Shown here: positions 56,138 through 64,000 of the stretch, piece by piece
How positions within the stretch are numbered: the first letter of the stretch is position 1
Layout of the letters: each line of letters starts with the position of its first letter
Made by a program: the position numbers and the translations under genes
Notes under the pieces: model-generated
What the model saw: only the letters and a program-made list of their open reading frames with translations
Databases searched by the model: none
What the model was told of the DNA's origin: nothing
NCBI GenBank assembly: GCA_019359045.1
Contig: JAHHIA010000002.1
Location: forward strand, 116,401-180,400
Direction: 5' to 3'
DNA length: 64,000 bases
Source: Scytolyngbya sp. HA4215-MV1
GTDB lineage: Bacteria > Cyanobacteriota > Cyanobacteriia > Leptolyngbyales > Leptolyngbyaceae

Positions 56138-56179
56138 GACGATACTCGCGAGAGAAGAATCGATATGGGAACGATCGGC

Positions 56180-57742
56180 TTACGGTAGGGGTCTCCAATC
56201 GCCGGAAAGAATGAAGCCAGCCCAATAATAGGGATGGGAACGATCGGGACGTTTTAACAGATCCTGTTGAGTTTGCCGTAGGGCTTCGCTGCGTCCCTGC
56301 CCTGCCAATAGCTTTTGGTAGTAACTCACTATCAGATCTTTAGTAGCAGCATCCTCAACTTTCCAGAGGCTGATCAGTTGACTTTCTGCCCCTGCCATAG
56401 TCAGGGCACGCCGCAAACCGTAGATGCCTTCCCCAGCAGAAAGACGCCCCAGTCCTGTATCGCAAGCAGAAAGCACAACAAGTTTGGTGCCCAGCAGATT
56501 CAGACCTGCCACTTCTAGAGCAGTGAGAATGCCGTCTTCTCGATTTTGAGGCTTGAGTTTGAAGCCTGCCAAGACTAAGCCAGACAACAGCAGAGGGTTG
56601 TCGGCAAGGGTGTTTTCTGGTAACTCATTTTGAGTTGTAGGCGTTACAAAAAAGCCGTGGGTGGCGATGTGTAGAATACGAGGACGGTTGACCTGTTTAA
56701 CTGCTTCTTCGCTGGCTTGGCTACCGATTAGGGGGTGAACGTTGAGCAAGGGGGCGATCGCTTCAACTTCCGCAGCAGTTTCAGGCAGCGAGGAAAACGT
56801 TTGTTTGAATAAATTAGTAAAGCTAGTAGATCGCGTTTGGGAATTCTGGTTGATTTGAGAGTGCAGAACTTGGGTAACAGGTTCACCCAGTTTATCGAAA
56901 GTAGGATTGGCTAACAGGACAGCGGCGGTTTGGCTGGGAGAATGGGTTGCCAGACGTAACAGGTCACGTCCAGAGGTGAGATAGGTGAACGCATAGGTTT
57001 CCACTAAATAATGATTGTTCTCATCCACCAGCGCTTCAAAGGGAATCAAGTTGAGTGCACCATCCGGTGAGAGCAAAACAGTTTGAGCGTTACCTAAAAG
57101 TTGACGAACTGGCTGCATTATGAGGGCATCCAGTTTTCGGGCAGCATGTTTGAGTTGTGCTGGCGGAGTTTGCGGATCTCTCAAGGCTGCCCGAAACGTT
57201 TCGATAGCTTGGTTAATTGTAAAGGTGTCTCCCAAATCAATCCCTTGAGATTGTCCCTGAGCAGTGAGGATATAAGCCGCGTAGCGGGGGGCACTAAAGC
57301 CTTTATCGGCTGCAAAGTTCTGACTCATGTAAACTACAGCCAAATTGTGAATGATCGTGGCAGTAGTAGAGTTTGCTGGATTTCCTATCTGCTGATGTAG
57401 CACCAAAGCCTGTTTGAAAAGCGGTTCTGCTTCGGCATAACGCCCTTGATTCAAATAAAGAGATGCGAGGGTATGCAGGCTATCGATGACTGTAAAATCA
57501 TCCTGCTTCAAGCGATGCTGGCGAAGTTCGAGAACTCTCTGTGCTAAGGGAATTGCGTCTCTGAGTCTTCCCTGGGCAATGAATTGGGAGATATGTTGAT
57601 CAAGCCATGCAATTTCTGTAATCTCGGCAGACTGAGGCAGCGGACTGAGGATTTGTCCTTTGACGTGGCTTCCTGCACTTATCAACACGATCGTGAACGT
57701 TAAGGAGGCTAAGAAGCAGTGGACAATTCTCTGCTTTATCAT
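56180..57742 (-). CDS. Secreted TPR-CHAT-domain protein, shorter tandem paralogue
   Basis: Signal peptide MIKQRIVHCFLASLTFTIVLISAGSHVKGQ. The C-terminal 330 aa are near-identical in pattern to the upstream CHAT protein (RYAAYILTAQGQSQGIDLGD...HIATHGFF...VVLSACDTGLG...YYWAGFILSGDW). Confidence 0.8.
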   Translation of the reverse strand: MIKQRIVHCFLASLTFTIVLISAGSHVKGQILSPLPQSAEITEIAWLDQHISQFIAQGRLRDAIPLAQRVLELRQHRLKQDDFTVIDSLHTLASLYLNQGRYAEAEPLFKQALVLHQQIGNPANSTTATIIHNLAVVYMSQNFAADKGFSAPRYAAYILTAQGQSQGIDLGDTFTINQAIETFRAALRDPQTPPAQLKHAARKLDALIMQPVRQLLGNAQTVLLSPDGALNLIPFEALVDENNHYLVETYAFTYLTSGRDLLRLATHSPSQTAAVLLANPTFDKLGEPVTQVLHSQINQNSQTRSTSFTNLFKQTFSSLPETAAEVEAIAPLLNVHPLIGSQASEEAVKQVNRPRILHIATHGFFVTPTTQNELPENTLADNPLLLSGLVLAGFKLKPQNREDGILTALEVAGLNLLGTKLVVLSACDTGLGRLSAGEGIYGLRRALTMAGAESQLISLWKVEDAATKDLIVSYYQKLLAGQGRSEALRQTQQDLLKRPDRSHPYYWAGFILSGDWRPLP

Positions 57743-58836
57743 TAGCTCAATCTCTTTAATAGATGATCAATTTGCTCTTGCAGTACTTCAATCTGCCCGT
57801 CATCCTTTAAGAGCCGATAATTGATTTGGGCATCGCGATACCACTGGAGGGCGATTTTCTCCTGTCCTAGGGATTCCTCGATCGTGCCTAATGCCACGTG
57901 AACTTCTGCCTGCATTTCTACATTCTGTTCAGTTTTCGCCCGTGTCAATGCCTTGAGATACCGTTCTTTGGCAAGCCGAGGTAAACCTACCTGTTGGTAG
58001 AGACTACCTAGCAGCGCATCCAGCACTGAGGCATGGGTAGCGTTATGTGTGGCAACTTCGAGTAAATCGATCGCCTCTGCTTGCAAAGCGTAACTCTGAT
58101 AGAGATACCCCAGCGTCAAAATCTGTATTTCTGGACTGAGCGCATCCCGTTTGACCTGGACAATCTCCTGCTTAACTTTTTGAGCCTGCGTCTCATCCAA
58201 GAAGGCAAAACTCACAGGTAAATCTTGGATGGAAGAAACGCCCGTGTTGGCGGTCACCGTTACCTGGCATCGGAAACCCGGTGTAATTGGCTGATTCACA
58301 GCAGAAAAAGCAGCTTCCGTTTGGCTTACGGTTTTGGACCAGTCAATTCCGCACCCGGTCACTTGTACTTGATACTGAGTTGCACCAACAACGGGATGCC
58401 AGCGTATTGTCACCTCTTGGCTCAGGAGGGTAGTGTTGCGAGGGCTGATGACATAGGGAATGGTTGGATTTTCTCCAGAACGGGTGAAGGTCGTTTTGCG
58501 ATCGCTGCGCCTCAACACAGTTCTATCCCTTAGGTTACACCCCTGAGCCACGGACAAATCCTTGCCTACCGGAACCTGCCAGATTTTGAGATTGGCACAC
58601 ATCACTCTTGCTGAGGCTTGGGTCGAAACTCGAATGCGATCGCCTGGACTCAACAAATCTCCCACAAAGGCTCGTTGATAATCTGAGCGGCTGGGGCGCT
58701 TAATTTCAACCTTCCCATTCCCTCGAATGGTAAGGGCAGAAATATAATTTAGCCCCACAGGCTGAGCCAAACTGGGAGTGGTTGTTCCCACCCATCCTAG
58801 AGTGAGGAGCAGACTAGAGAACCAATTCAATTTCAT
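57742..58836 (-). CDS. Secreted protein with an N-terminal FecR-like/beta-rich region, an FN3/Ig-like segment and C-terminal TPR repeats
   Basis: Signal peptide MKLNWFSSLLLTLGWVGTTTPSLAQ. The central segment TIRWHPVVGATQYQVQVTGCG is FN3-like. The C-terminal segment YLKALTRAKTEQNVEMQAEVHVALGTIEESLGQEKIALQWYRDAQ is TPR-like. Domain names are tentative. Confidence 0.5.
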   Translation of the reverse strand: MKLNWFSSLLLTLGWVGTTTPSLAQPVGLNYISALTIRGNGKVEIKRPSRSDYQRAFVGDLLSPGDRIRVSTQASARVMCANLKIWQVPVGKDLSVAQGCNLRDRTVLRRSDRKTTFTRSGENPTIPYVISPRNTTLLSQEVTIRWHPVVGATQYQVQVTGCGIDWSKTVSQTEAAFSAVNQPITPGFRCQVTVTANTGVSSIQDLPVSFAFLDETQAQKVKQEIVQVKRDALSPEIQILTLGYLYQSYALQAEAIDLLEVATHNATHASVLDALLGSLYQQVGLPRLAKERYLKALTRAKTEQNVEMQAEVHVALGTIEESLGQEKIALQWYRDAQINYRLLKDDGQIEVLQEQIDHLLKRLS

Positions 58837-60113
58837 GGATTTGGCGAAGCTTTTTTTGCAGCATTCATTTTGAGTTGTGCCTCATGCACCCAGACATCTT
58901 CGTCAGGATTTTCGTTCGATGCTAACTCAGCACATTTTTGCCACTGAGCGATCGCACCCGGTAGTTTTTCCTTTTCTAACACTTTAGCCAATAGACAATG
59001 GGCAGATCCAGGAAATTCGATATATTTTTGAGTCTCTGGATCACGGGCAAGACTCACCGCGACCTGTAGAGCAGCCTGAGCCTCGGCAGTACGTCCCTGT
59101 TGCAACCGCACCCATCCCAGATTTTTGAACAGACTGTACTTCATCTCTGGTAGAAGATCTCCAGGTCGCTGTAAGCCCTGCTGCAATAGCACCACTGCCT
59201 CTGGATATCGTTTGTTTCGCAGATATAGCCGACCCAGATTGTTGTAAGCCTCTGGCAGGTCGCCCTTCACCGCAATCAAATACTGTTTCTGAGCCTTGTC
59301 AAATTCCTGCAAATCCTCGTAGAGACTGCCCAGGTTAAAGTGGGCTGCCACATTGTCTGGATTAAGCGCGATTGCCCGCTCATAGTTCTGCACTGCACTG
59401 CCGACCTTGCCTGCATCTGCATCCGCTAGCCCCTGGTGGTTATACCACTCCGAAATCTTAGGCAAACAAAACCAAAAGACCAGTAAAAAAGCCAGAAAAG
59501 TCAGCGTTGCCCCTAAATGCACTTCTTCTCGTAACCGTCGAGGCACACGCCAGCGTTCTAGCAGTTGCTGAAAACCTGCCCATCCACTCTCAGTCAATTC
59601 GTTTTTGGCTTGCAAGAGAGCCAGGATGCTGGGCAGGGCGATCGCGAACACCCCACCTACACCTGGACCTCCCAGCACAAAGCGGCTGATGATATTTGCC
59701 AGTAACCCCAGATTGGTTGCCCAGGTTATCACAGTCAACCCTTTCCAGAAATAGTCAAGTGCATGACTGGGAAGTGAGATCGCATCCAACTGCCACCACC
59801 AGGCATCGCTAGGTGCAGACAAACTACGCCGCAAATCTTCAAAACTAACCGTGCGAGTGAGGCGTTCTGCCTGTTGCTTCAGTTGTTCATCCAGTTGCAG
59901 TAATTGAACAGACTGTTGAGGAGAAATCTGGCGCTGGTTGGTCAGAATCGTTGCCGCGCGATCGCGGGCATTCAGCAGCCGCAAAATCTGTTGGGGCGTG
60001 ATTGAACAATCGGCACTGGTACGGATTTGCTCCAGTTCCGTTTGGTAATGCTCTAGTGCAGAGTTGAAATCGGAGTACATCGGGCAATCTGCTAGTCCTG
60101 GAAAATAAACCAA
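58833..60113 (-). CDS. TPR-repeat membrane protein (cytoplasmic N-domain, 2-3 TM, C-terminal TPR array)
   Basis: Hydrophobic helices GLTVITWATNLGLLANIISRFVLGGPGVGGVFAIALPSILALL and HLGATLTFLAFLLVFWFCL. TPRs include AIALNPDNVAAHFNLGSLYEDLQEFDKAQKQY. The start overlaps the downstream gene by 4 nt, suggesting an operon. Confidence 0.6.
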   Translation of the reverse strand: MVYFPGLADCPMYSDFNSALEHYQTELEQIRTSADCSITPQQILRLLNARDRAATILTNQRQISPQQSVQLLQLDEQLKQQAERLTRTVSFEDLRRSLSAPSDAWWWQLDAISLPSHALDYFWKGLTVITWATNLGLLANIISRFVLGGPGVGGVFAIALPSILALLQAKNELTESGWAGFQQLLERWRVPRRLREEVHLGATLTFLAFLLVFWFCLPKISEWYNHQGLADADAGKVGSAVQNYERAIALNPDNVAAHFNLGSLYEDLQEFDKAQKQYLIAVKGDLPEAYNNLGRLYLRNKRYPEAVVLLQQGLQRPGDLLPEMKYSLFKNLGWVRLQQGRTAEAQAALQVAVSLARDPETQKYIEFPGSAHCLLAKVLEKEKLPGAIAQWQKCAELASNENPDEDVWVHEAQLKMNAAKKASPNP

Positions 60114-60237
60114 CTCCAGTTTTACATTTAGAATTCTCCTCGGAAAAAAGCTGCTAGATCTTGGCTAAAGAGAGTTTAGTAACATTATTCAGTAACCAAT
60201 AAACCACGGGGCAATTGCGATCGCTCTTACTGTAAGG

Positions 60238-60532
60238 CTCGGTTCAGATCATCCCGAATGTGAGTCCAGCAGGCTTTTTCCGGCACGAAAAAGATATCGC
60301 GATAAAAAGTTAAATCTTCCAGCCGTTTGGCAATGTCTTCCGCTGACAGCTTTCTTGCCTCCCACTTCTGTTTAAGCTGTTCTCACTGCTGGTCAAATAC
60401 ATCGGATGCCCGCTTCAGAAACAGCATTCCAAAAATGTATTCCTTGAACTCCGAAGTATTCATCTTGCTGCGCAGGATATCCAGTGCTGCAAAGAGATGT
60501 CGTTCAAGTTGGGGAAGGGGCAGTTTACCCAT
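60238..60532 (-). pseudogene. hsdM: Remnant of type I restriction-modification methyltransferase HsdM (N-terminal domain only, with an in-frame stop)
   Basis: The reverse complement reads [99 protein letters not shown]. This is the HsdM N-terminal pattern (W..AD.LRG....EYK..I.GL.FLKRISD); the catalytic domain is absent. Confidence 0.55.
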
Positions 60533-60635
60533 AAGGCCATTCAGACCAGGACTGTGCTTGCCACATCACAATTTACCCAACCTATGCCACATTGGCGTAA
60601 TTTTTTAATTTTCAGGCATTTCCGGTTAAGAAGAA

Positions 60636-61095
60636 TTGGAGGTGATGTCAAAGGCTTCTCCACCCAAAATCTTCCAGAAAGCCATTGCCCTGCGACGGCG
60701 ACGGCATAGTTTAGTAGCTTCGACCATCCAGCAGTATGGCACTCGATTTCGAGGTTCACTGCGGGAGATCTTTAATCTAAAACCCAAATCCGTCGAGGGA
60801 CAGCGGTTGCTCAATGGTATTAGAAAATTCGCGAGTACTTGTTGCTGTTTTTGAGTGATGAGACTATCCCGCCGATGAATAATGCCAGTAAGCAAGCGTT
60901 GCGCTGGAGCGTCATCTTTCGCAAGGTGACCATTGGCTTCCGTTCGGATTGGGGAGCGGAGTTATTCGTTCAAGTGCGCTCGCTGGTCAATACGGCAAAA
61001 CGTCAGGGTATTTCTGCCCTTGATGCCATTGCTCGTGCTATTACCTCACAGCAGACCGAATTGGCTACTGGGTTGAGCAATTACCATTGTTTTAT
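60636..61095 (+). pseudogene. IS66-family transposase C-terminal fragment, frameshifted
   Basis: Two frames together read ...LLNGIRKFASTCC / LLFLSDETIPPMNNASKQALRWSVIFRKVTIGFRSDWGAELFVQVRSLVNTAKRQGISALDAIARAI. This matches the IS66 C-terminus pattern (PPTNNxAE[RQ]ALR..VI.RK...G..S..G). Confidence 0.6.
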
Positions 61096-61112
61096 AAGGG
61101 TTTTCTTCTTAA

Positions 61113-61184
61113 AGCCGATGGCGGGATTTGAACCCGCGACCGCTCGATTACGAATCGAGTGCTCTACCACTGAGCCACATCGGC
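61113..61184 (-). tRNA. tRNA-Thr (anticodon CGU)
   Basis: The reverse complement is GCCGATGTGGCTCAGTGGTAGAGCACTCGATTCGTAATCGAGCGGTCGCGGGTTCAAATCCCGCCATCGGCT. It folds into a cloverleaf with acceptor GCCGATG/CATCGGC, D-arm GCTC/GAGC, anticodon stem CTCGA/TCGAG with loop TTCGTAA, and T-arm GCGGG/CCCGC with TTCAAAT. Confidence 0.85.
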
Positions 61185-61317
61185 AATTTCTCAAACTAGT
61201 ATAATCCGGAAATGGAAAAGCAATCCAGAGAGAAGGCGACGATCGCCGGAAGTCGAAAACTCATCGCCAGACTTCAACATTCAGTTTTTCCACTATTCCT
61301 CTTATTCTAAATCTGCC

Positions 61318-61584
61318 ATGTCATCCCTAAAAGAGCGAGATCCAGAAAAATATGCCCGATTGATGGCAGAAGCCAAAGCCCCTTATCGTGGATTGCGACA
61401 GTTTATCTATGTCGCCTTTGGCGCATCGGGGTTTATTGGAGGCATGGTCTTTTTGGCGCAAATGCTTGCTGGACGAAATGTAGAAGCTGCATTGCCTAAT
61501 TTCGCCTTGCAAGTTGGTGTAGTCGCGTTAATGATTGGGTTATACCGATGGGAGCAACGATCGAAGCGCAAGTCTCGTCCTTGA
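61318..61584 (+). CDS. small hypothetical membrane protein (two predicted TM helices)
   Basis: 88 aa; FIYVAFGASGFIGGMVFLAQML and VGVVALMIGLY are hydrophobic helices; basic C-terminus. Confidence 0.4.
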   Translation: MSSLKERDPEKYARLMAEAKAPYRGLRQFIYVAFGASGFIGGMVFLAQMLAGRNVEAALPNFALQVGVVALMIGLYRWEQRSKRKSRP

Positions 61585-61601
61585 GCAAGAAGATGGCAAT
61601 C

Positions 61602-62141
61602 CTATTTTCTCATTGACTGTAATGCACGCCATGCCAAGGCTTGTTTTTGCATCTCCTTAATAAAAGCATCCTCGCCATCCATGTAGCCTTCGATGTCGTC
61701 GGAACGCAGTGTGGCAACCAGTCTACGCTTCAGTTCGCTATATTGTTGGGCATCAGCGGGATGGGCTATCATATAGTCCCGAAATGCCAGGTGCCGATCG
61801 ACTTCCGCAGAACCGCCCGCAAAAATATGCACCTGGTGAGTTCGAACTCCGGCTACAGTGTCTTTGCGGAAGTAGCGCCGACCCGAAATGCCAAATTCTC
61901 CCTTCGCTTCATAACCCAACGCCTGCATGGCAGCGTTAGATTCATCAACTCGTCCCAGATGATTGACTTCGACTAACAGGTCGATGATAGGTTTGGCGTA
62001 AATCTGCGGAATGGCAGTACTGCCAATGTGATAAATTGCAACAACGTTGTTTCCCAAAGCTAGCAAAAGTTTTGCTGTCTCACGTTCAAATTCATGATGC
62101 CAGTTTGGCTGGTGAGGCAAAACCTCTAATTTGACTGGCAT
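61602..62141 (-). CDS. GrpB/UPF0157-family protein
   Basis: MPVKLEVLPHQPNWHHEFERE...IYHIGSTAIPQIYAKPIIDLLVEV... is the typical GrpB pattern (nucleotidyltransferase-like fold). Confidence 0.7.
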   Translation of the reverse strand: MPVKLEVLPHQPNWHHEFERETAKLLLALGNNVVAIYHIGSTAIPQIYAKPIIDLLVEVNHLGRVDESNAAMQALGYEAKGEFGISGRRYFRKDTVAGVRTHQVHIFAGGSAEVDRHLAFRDYMIAHPADAQQYSELKRRLVATLRSDDIEGYMDGEDAFIKEMQKQALAWRALQSMRK

Positions 62142-62186
62142 GACTCAAACCTCAACTGCAATGCCAATAGTGAGGATTTTGATAAG

Positions 62187-62260
62187 GGCGAACGAGCGGA
62201 CTCGAACCGCCGAATGGAGGAACCACAATCCTCTGCCTTAACCACTTGGCTACGCTCGCC
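62187..62260 (-). tRNA. tRNA-His (anticodon GUG) with an encoded G-1
   Basis: The reverse complement is G-GCGAGCGTAGCCAAGTGGTTAAGGCAGAGGATTGTGGTTCCTCCATTCGGCGGTTCGAGTCCGCTCGTTCGCC. The anticodon loop TTGTGGT, the extra 5' G pairing with discriminator C73, and the T-loop TTCGAGT all fit tRNA-His. Confidence 0.85.
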
Positions 62261-62453
62261 ATGCGTTTCTGATTGTAGCACCTGAAATCGAATTTATTCA
62301 GGAGAGAACACAGAATTCGGAAAAGCTATACAAATAATCTGTGATGTCTCAATTTTATACCCAGGATGAACCAGGCTGCTTTTTTCTGCTTCATCCTGCT
62401 ACTCCGTTTTACTAACCCCCCGTTTAGTCCCAACAGACGACCGACACGATCAA

Positions 62454-63143
62454 TCAAGTGCGCCGCCCTTGTCCGAACAAAATAGTGCGAGATGCATCGG
62501 TCACGGTTGGTTGGGCACTGATGGTTTCAGCCACTGCATAGGCTCGTTGTACCGCCGGACGCATCCGAATCGTGGTAAACCAGCGTTTGACATGGGGGAA
62601 GTCATCCAGGTTTTGTTGCTGTCGCTCATGGGGCACAATCCAGGGATAGGCAGCCATATCTGCGATCGAATAGCCCCCTGCAATAAATTCACGATCGCTC
62701 AAGCGTTCATCCAGCACTCCATACAGCCGCTCGGTTTCTTTCACATAGCGGTTGATGGCATAGGGAATCTTCTCCGGTGCGTATTGAGAAAAATGATGAT
62801 TTTGCCCGAGCATGGGTCCCAATCCCCCCATTTGCCAAAATAACCACTGCATCACTTCTACGCGCTGACGGATATCAATGGGCAAAAATTTCCCCGTCTT
62901 CTCTGCAAGATATTGCAAGATTGCCCCCGATTCAAACACACTAATCGGCTGTCCGCCGTCACTCGGAGCCAGATCCACGATCGCGGGAATTCGGTTATTG
63001 GGAGAGAGTTTGAGAAATTCTGGTGCAAACTGTTCTCCTGCCCCAATGTTGACAGGTTTCACCGTATAGGGAAGTTCAGCCTCTTCTAAAAAAATCGTGA
63101 TTTTGTGACCGTTGGGCGTTGTCCAATAGTAGAGGTCAATCAT
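62454..63143 (-). CDS. Glutathione S-transferase family protein (YfcG/YghU-like)
   Basis: From ATG 63143: MIDLYYWTTPNGHKITIFLEEAELPYTVKPVNIGAGEQFAPEFLKLSPNNRIPAIVD is a GST N-terminal thioredoxin-like domain pattern. The ORF track extends 32 codons upstream to 63239. Confidence 0.75.
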   Translation of the reverse strand: MIDLYYWTTPNGHKITIFLEEAELPYTVKPVNIGAGEQFAPEFLKLSPNNRIPAIVDLAPSDGGQPISVFESGAILQYLAEKTGKFLPIDIRQRVEVMQWLFWQMGGLGPMLGQNHHFSQYAPEKIPYAINRYVKETERLYGVLDERLSDREFIAGGYSIADMAAYPWIVPHERQQQNLDDFPHVKRWFTTIRMRPAVQRAYAVAETISAQPTVTDASRTILFGQGRRT

Positions 63144-63531
63144 GATGCTTTCCTGGTCGAAGGTTATCGGGTAACCGTTGTCTGATATTCCTAGTACAGC
63201 ACGTCTCAATATTTTTGGAGAGGTTGGCACAGAAATCAATCGGTAGGGAGTTTAATTCATTTTAGAAAAAGGGATTGCACCCTCTCGCCAACGCGTGCCT
63301 CACTCCCACTGCCAAAAACATCTTCCGCTGAATCAGATCCCTTGATCCAATGCTGAAAGAAAATGCGATCGCAGAGACCAAAAAACCCAACCTTGTCAAT
63401 CAGGTTGGGTTCAGCAATTTTCCGTCAAATTAGTTTTTTTAGATAGGTGGCGAAGCATCAACACCTCAGGTGAGCGCGCTTAAACCAGCCTTAGGTGAGC
63501 GCCTCATGCCGGGAGTCTCAAAACACTGACT

Positions 63532-63894
63532 CTAAGGTAAAGAAGCTTTGAGAGAAGTCTGATCTGGAGTCGCATCCATCTCTTTGGTAATCGTTGCCCC
63601 ATGCAAATAGGCTTGGCTGAAATTTGCATCACTCACATTTGCATTACTCAAGTTAGCATTGGTCAGATTTGCTTTAGTGAAGTTGGTTTCGGTTAAATTG
63701 GCTCCCACTAAAATTGCATCAGCCAGGTTTGCATAACTGAAATTGGTTCTGGTGAGATTCGCTTTTGTCAGATTGGCACCACTGAGATTGATACCACTCA
63801 AGTTCATATTTCTGAGATTCGCTGCCATCAAGTTCAGGTTTCTGAAGTCTCTCTGTCCGGCAGCATATCGACTGCAAAGTTCTTTGATGTTCAT
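63532..63894 (-). CDS. Pentapeptide-repeat protein
   Basis: Continuous A(N/D)L(T/S)x pentapeptides (ANLTRTNFSYANLADAILVGANLTETNFTKANLTNANLSNANVSDANFSQ). Confidence 0.85.
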   Translation of the reverse strand: MNIKELCSRYAAGQRDFRNLNLMAANLRNMNLSGINLSGANLTKANLTRTNFSYANLADAILVGANLTETNFTKANLTNANLSNANVSDANFSQAYLHGATITKEMDATPDQTSLKASLP

Positions 63895-64000
63895 AATCTC
63901 TGTGGAGCTGTGGGAAGTGTAAATCAGGTTTCAGAATGCAACCGATAAGTTAGGATTGAGATGTTTCCAGAGGGAACAAAATAACTCTCGATTAAGTTCC

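Overview
This window looks like chromosomal DNA from a (probably filamentous) cyanobacterium. The evidence is many GCGATCGC (HIP1) octamers, an XisH/XisI pair, an SLH-OprB-type porin, CHAT-domain proteins, a pentapeptide-repeat protein and PutA. The annotations below rest on motifs read directly from the translated ORFs; no database search was possible. From start to end the window contains the following. (1) 1-3.7 kb: a truncated N-terminus of a secreted protein on the minus strand, an SLH-domain porin and a small secreted Cys-containing protein. (2) 3.8-23.9 kb: a same-strand, tightly coupled cluster of about 20 kb for a heavily decorated glycan. It has a Wzt ABC-export ATPase with a C-terminal carbohydrate-binding module, 3 GT2, 3 GT4, 2 GT10 fucosyltransferase-like enzymes, a pyruvyl transferase, 2 hexapeptide acetyltransferases, an acyltransferase_3 membrane O-acyltransferase, a SAM methyltransferase, a PAPS-type sulfotransferase, a Wzy/O-antigen-ligase-like membrane protein, and an embedded RTX (hemolysin-type Ca-binding) secreted protein. 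(3) 24-39 kb: PutA, a ParD/ParE toxin-antitoxin pair, XisH/XisI, a flotillin-like SPFH protein operon, a CPBP-type protease, a cupin, DUF190-ChaB-CrcB (fluoride) genes and an 847-aa DUF1400-like alpha/beta hydrolase fused to a solute-binding domain. (4) 39-48.5 kb: a signalling neighbourhood with a 1231-aa multi-PAS/GAF hybrid histidine kinase, a second REC-PAS hybrid kinase, a single-domain response regulator (REC) plus a separate histidine kinase, and a decayed PAS-sensor pseudogene. Both hybrid kinases carry the same roughly 220-bp upstream element, and one copy is interrupted by a MITE-like insertion with terminal inverted repeats and a target-site duplication. (5) 48.5-52 kb: a secreted EndoU/XendoU-like ribonuclease and an acyl-CoA synthetase. 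(6) 52-63.9 kb: an IS630-family transposase pseudogene; a four-gene minus-strand operon with a TPR membrane protein, a secreted TPR protein and two tandem paralogous secreted TPR-CHAT (caspase-like) proteins; remnants of a type I R-M hsdM gene and of an IS66 transposase abutting tRNA-Thr(CGU); then GrpB, tRNA-His(GUG), a GST and a pentapeptide-repeat protein. The two most interesting candidates are the sulfo/fucosyl/pyruvyl/acetyl/methyl-decorated glycan cluster with its embedded RTX protein, and the secreted TPR-CHAT operon sitting in a mobile-element and decayed-R-M junction.
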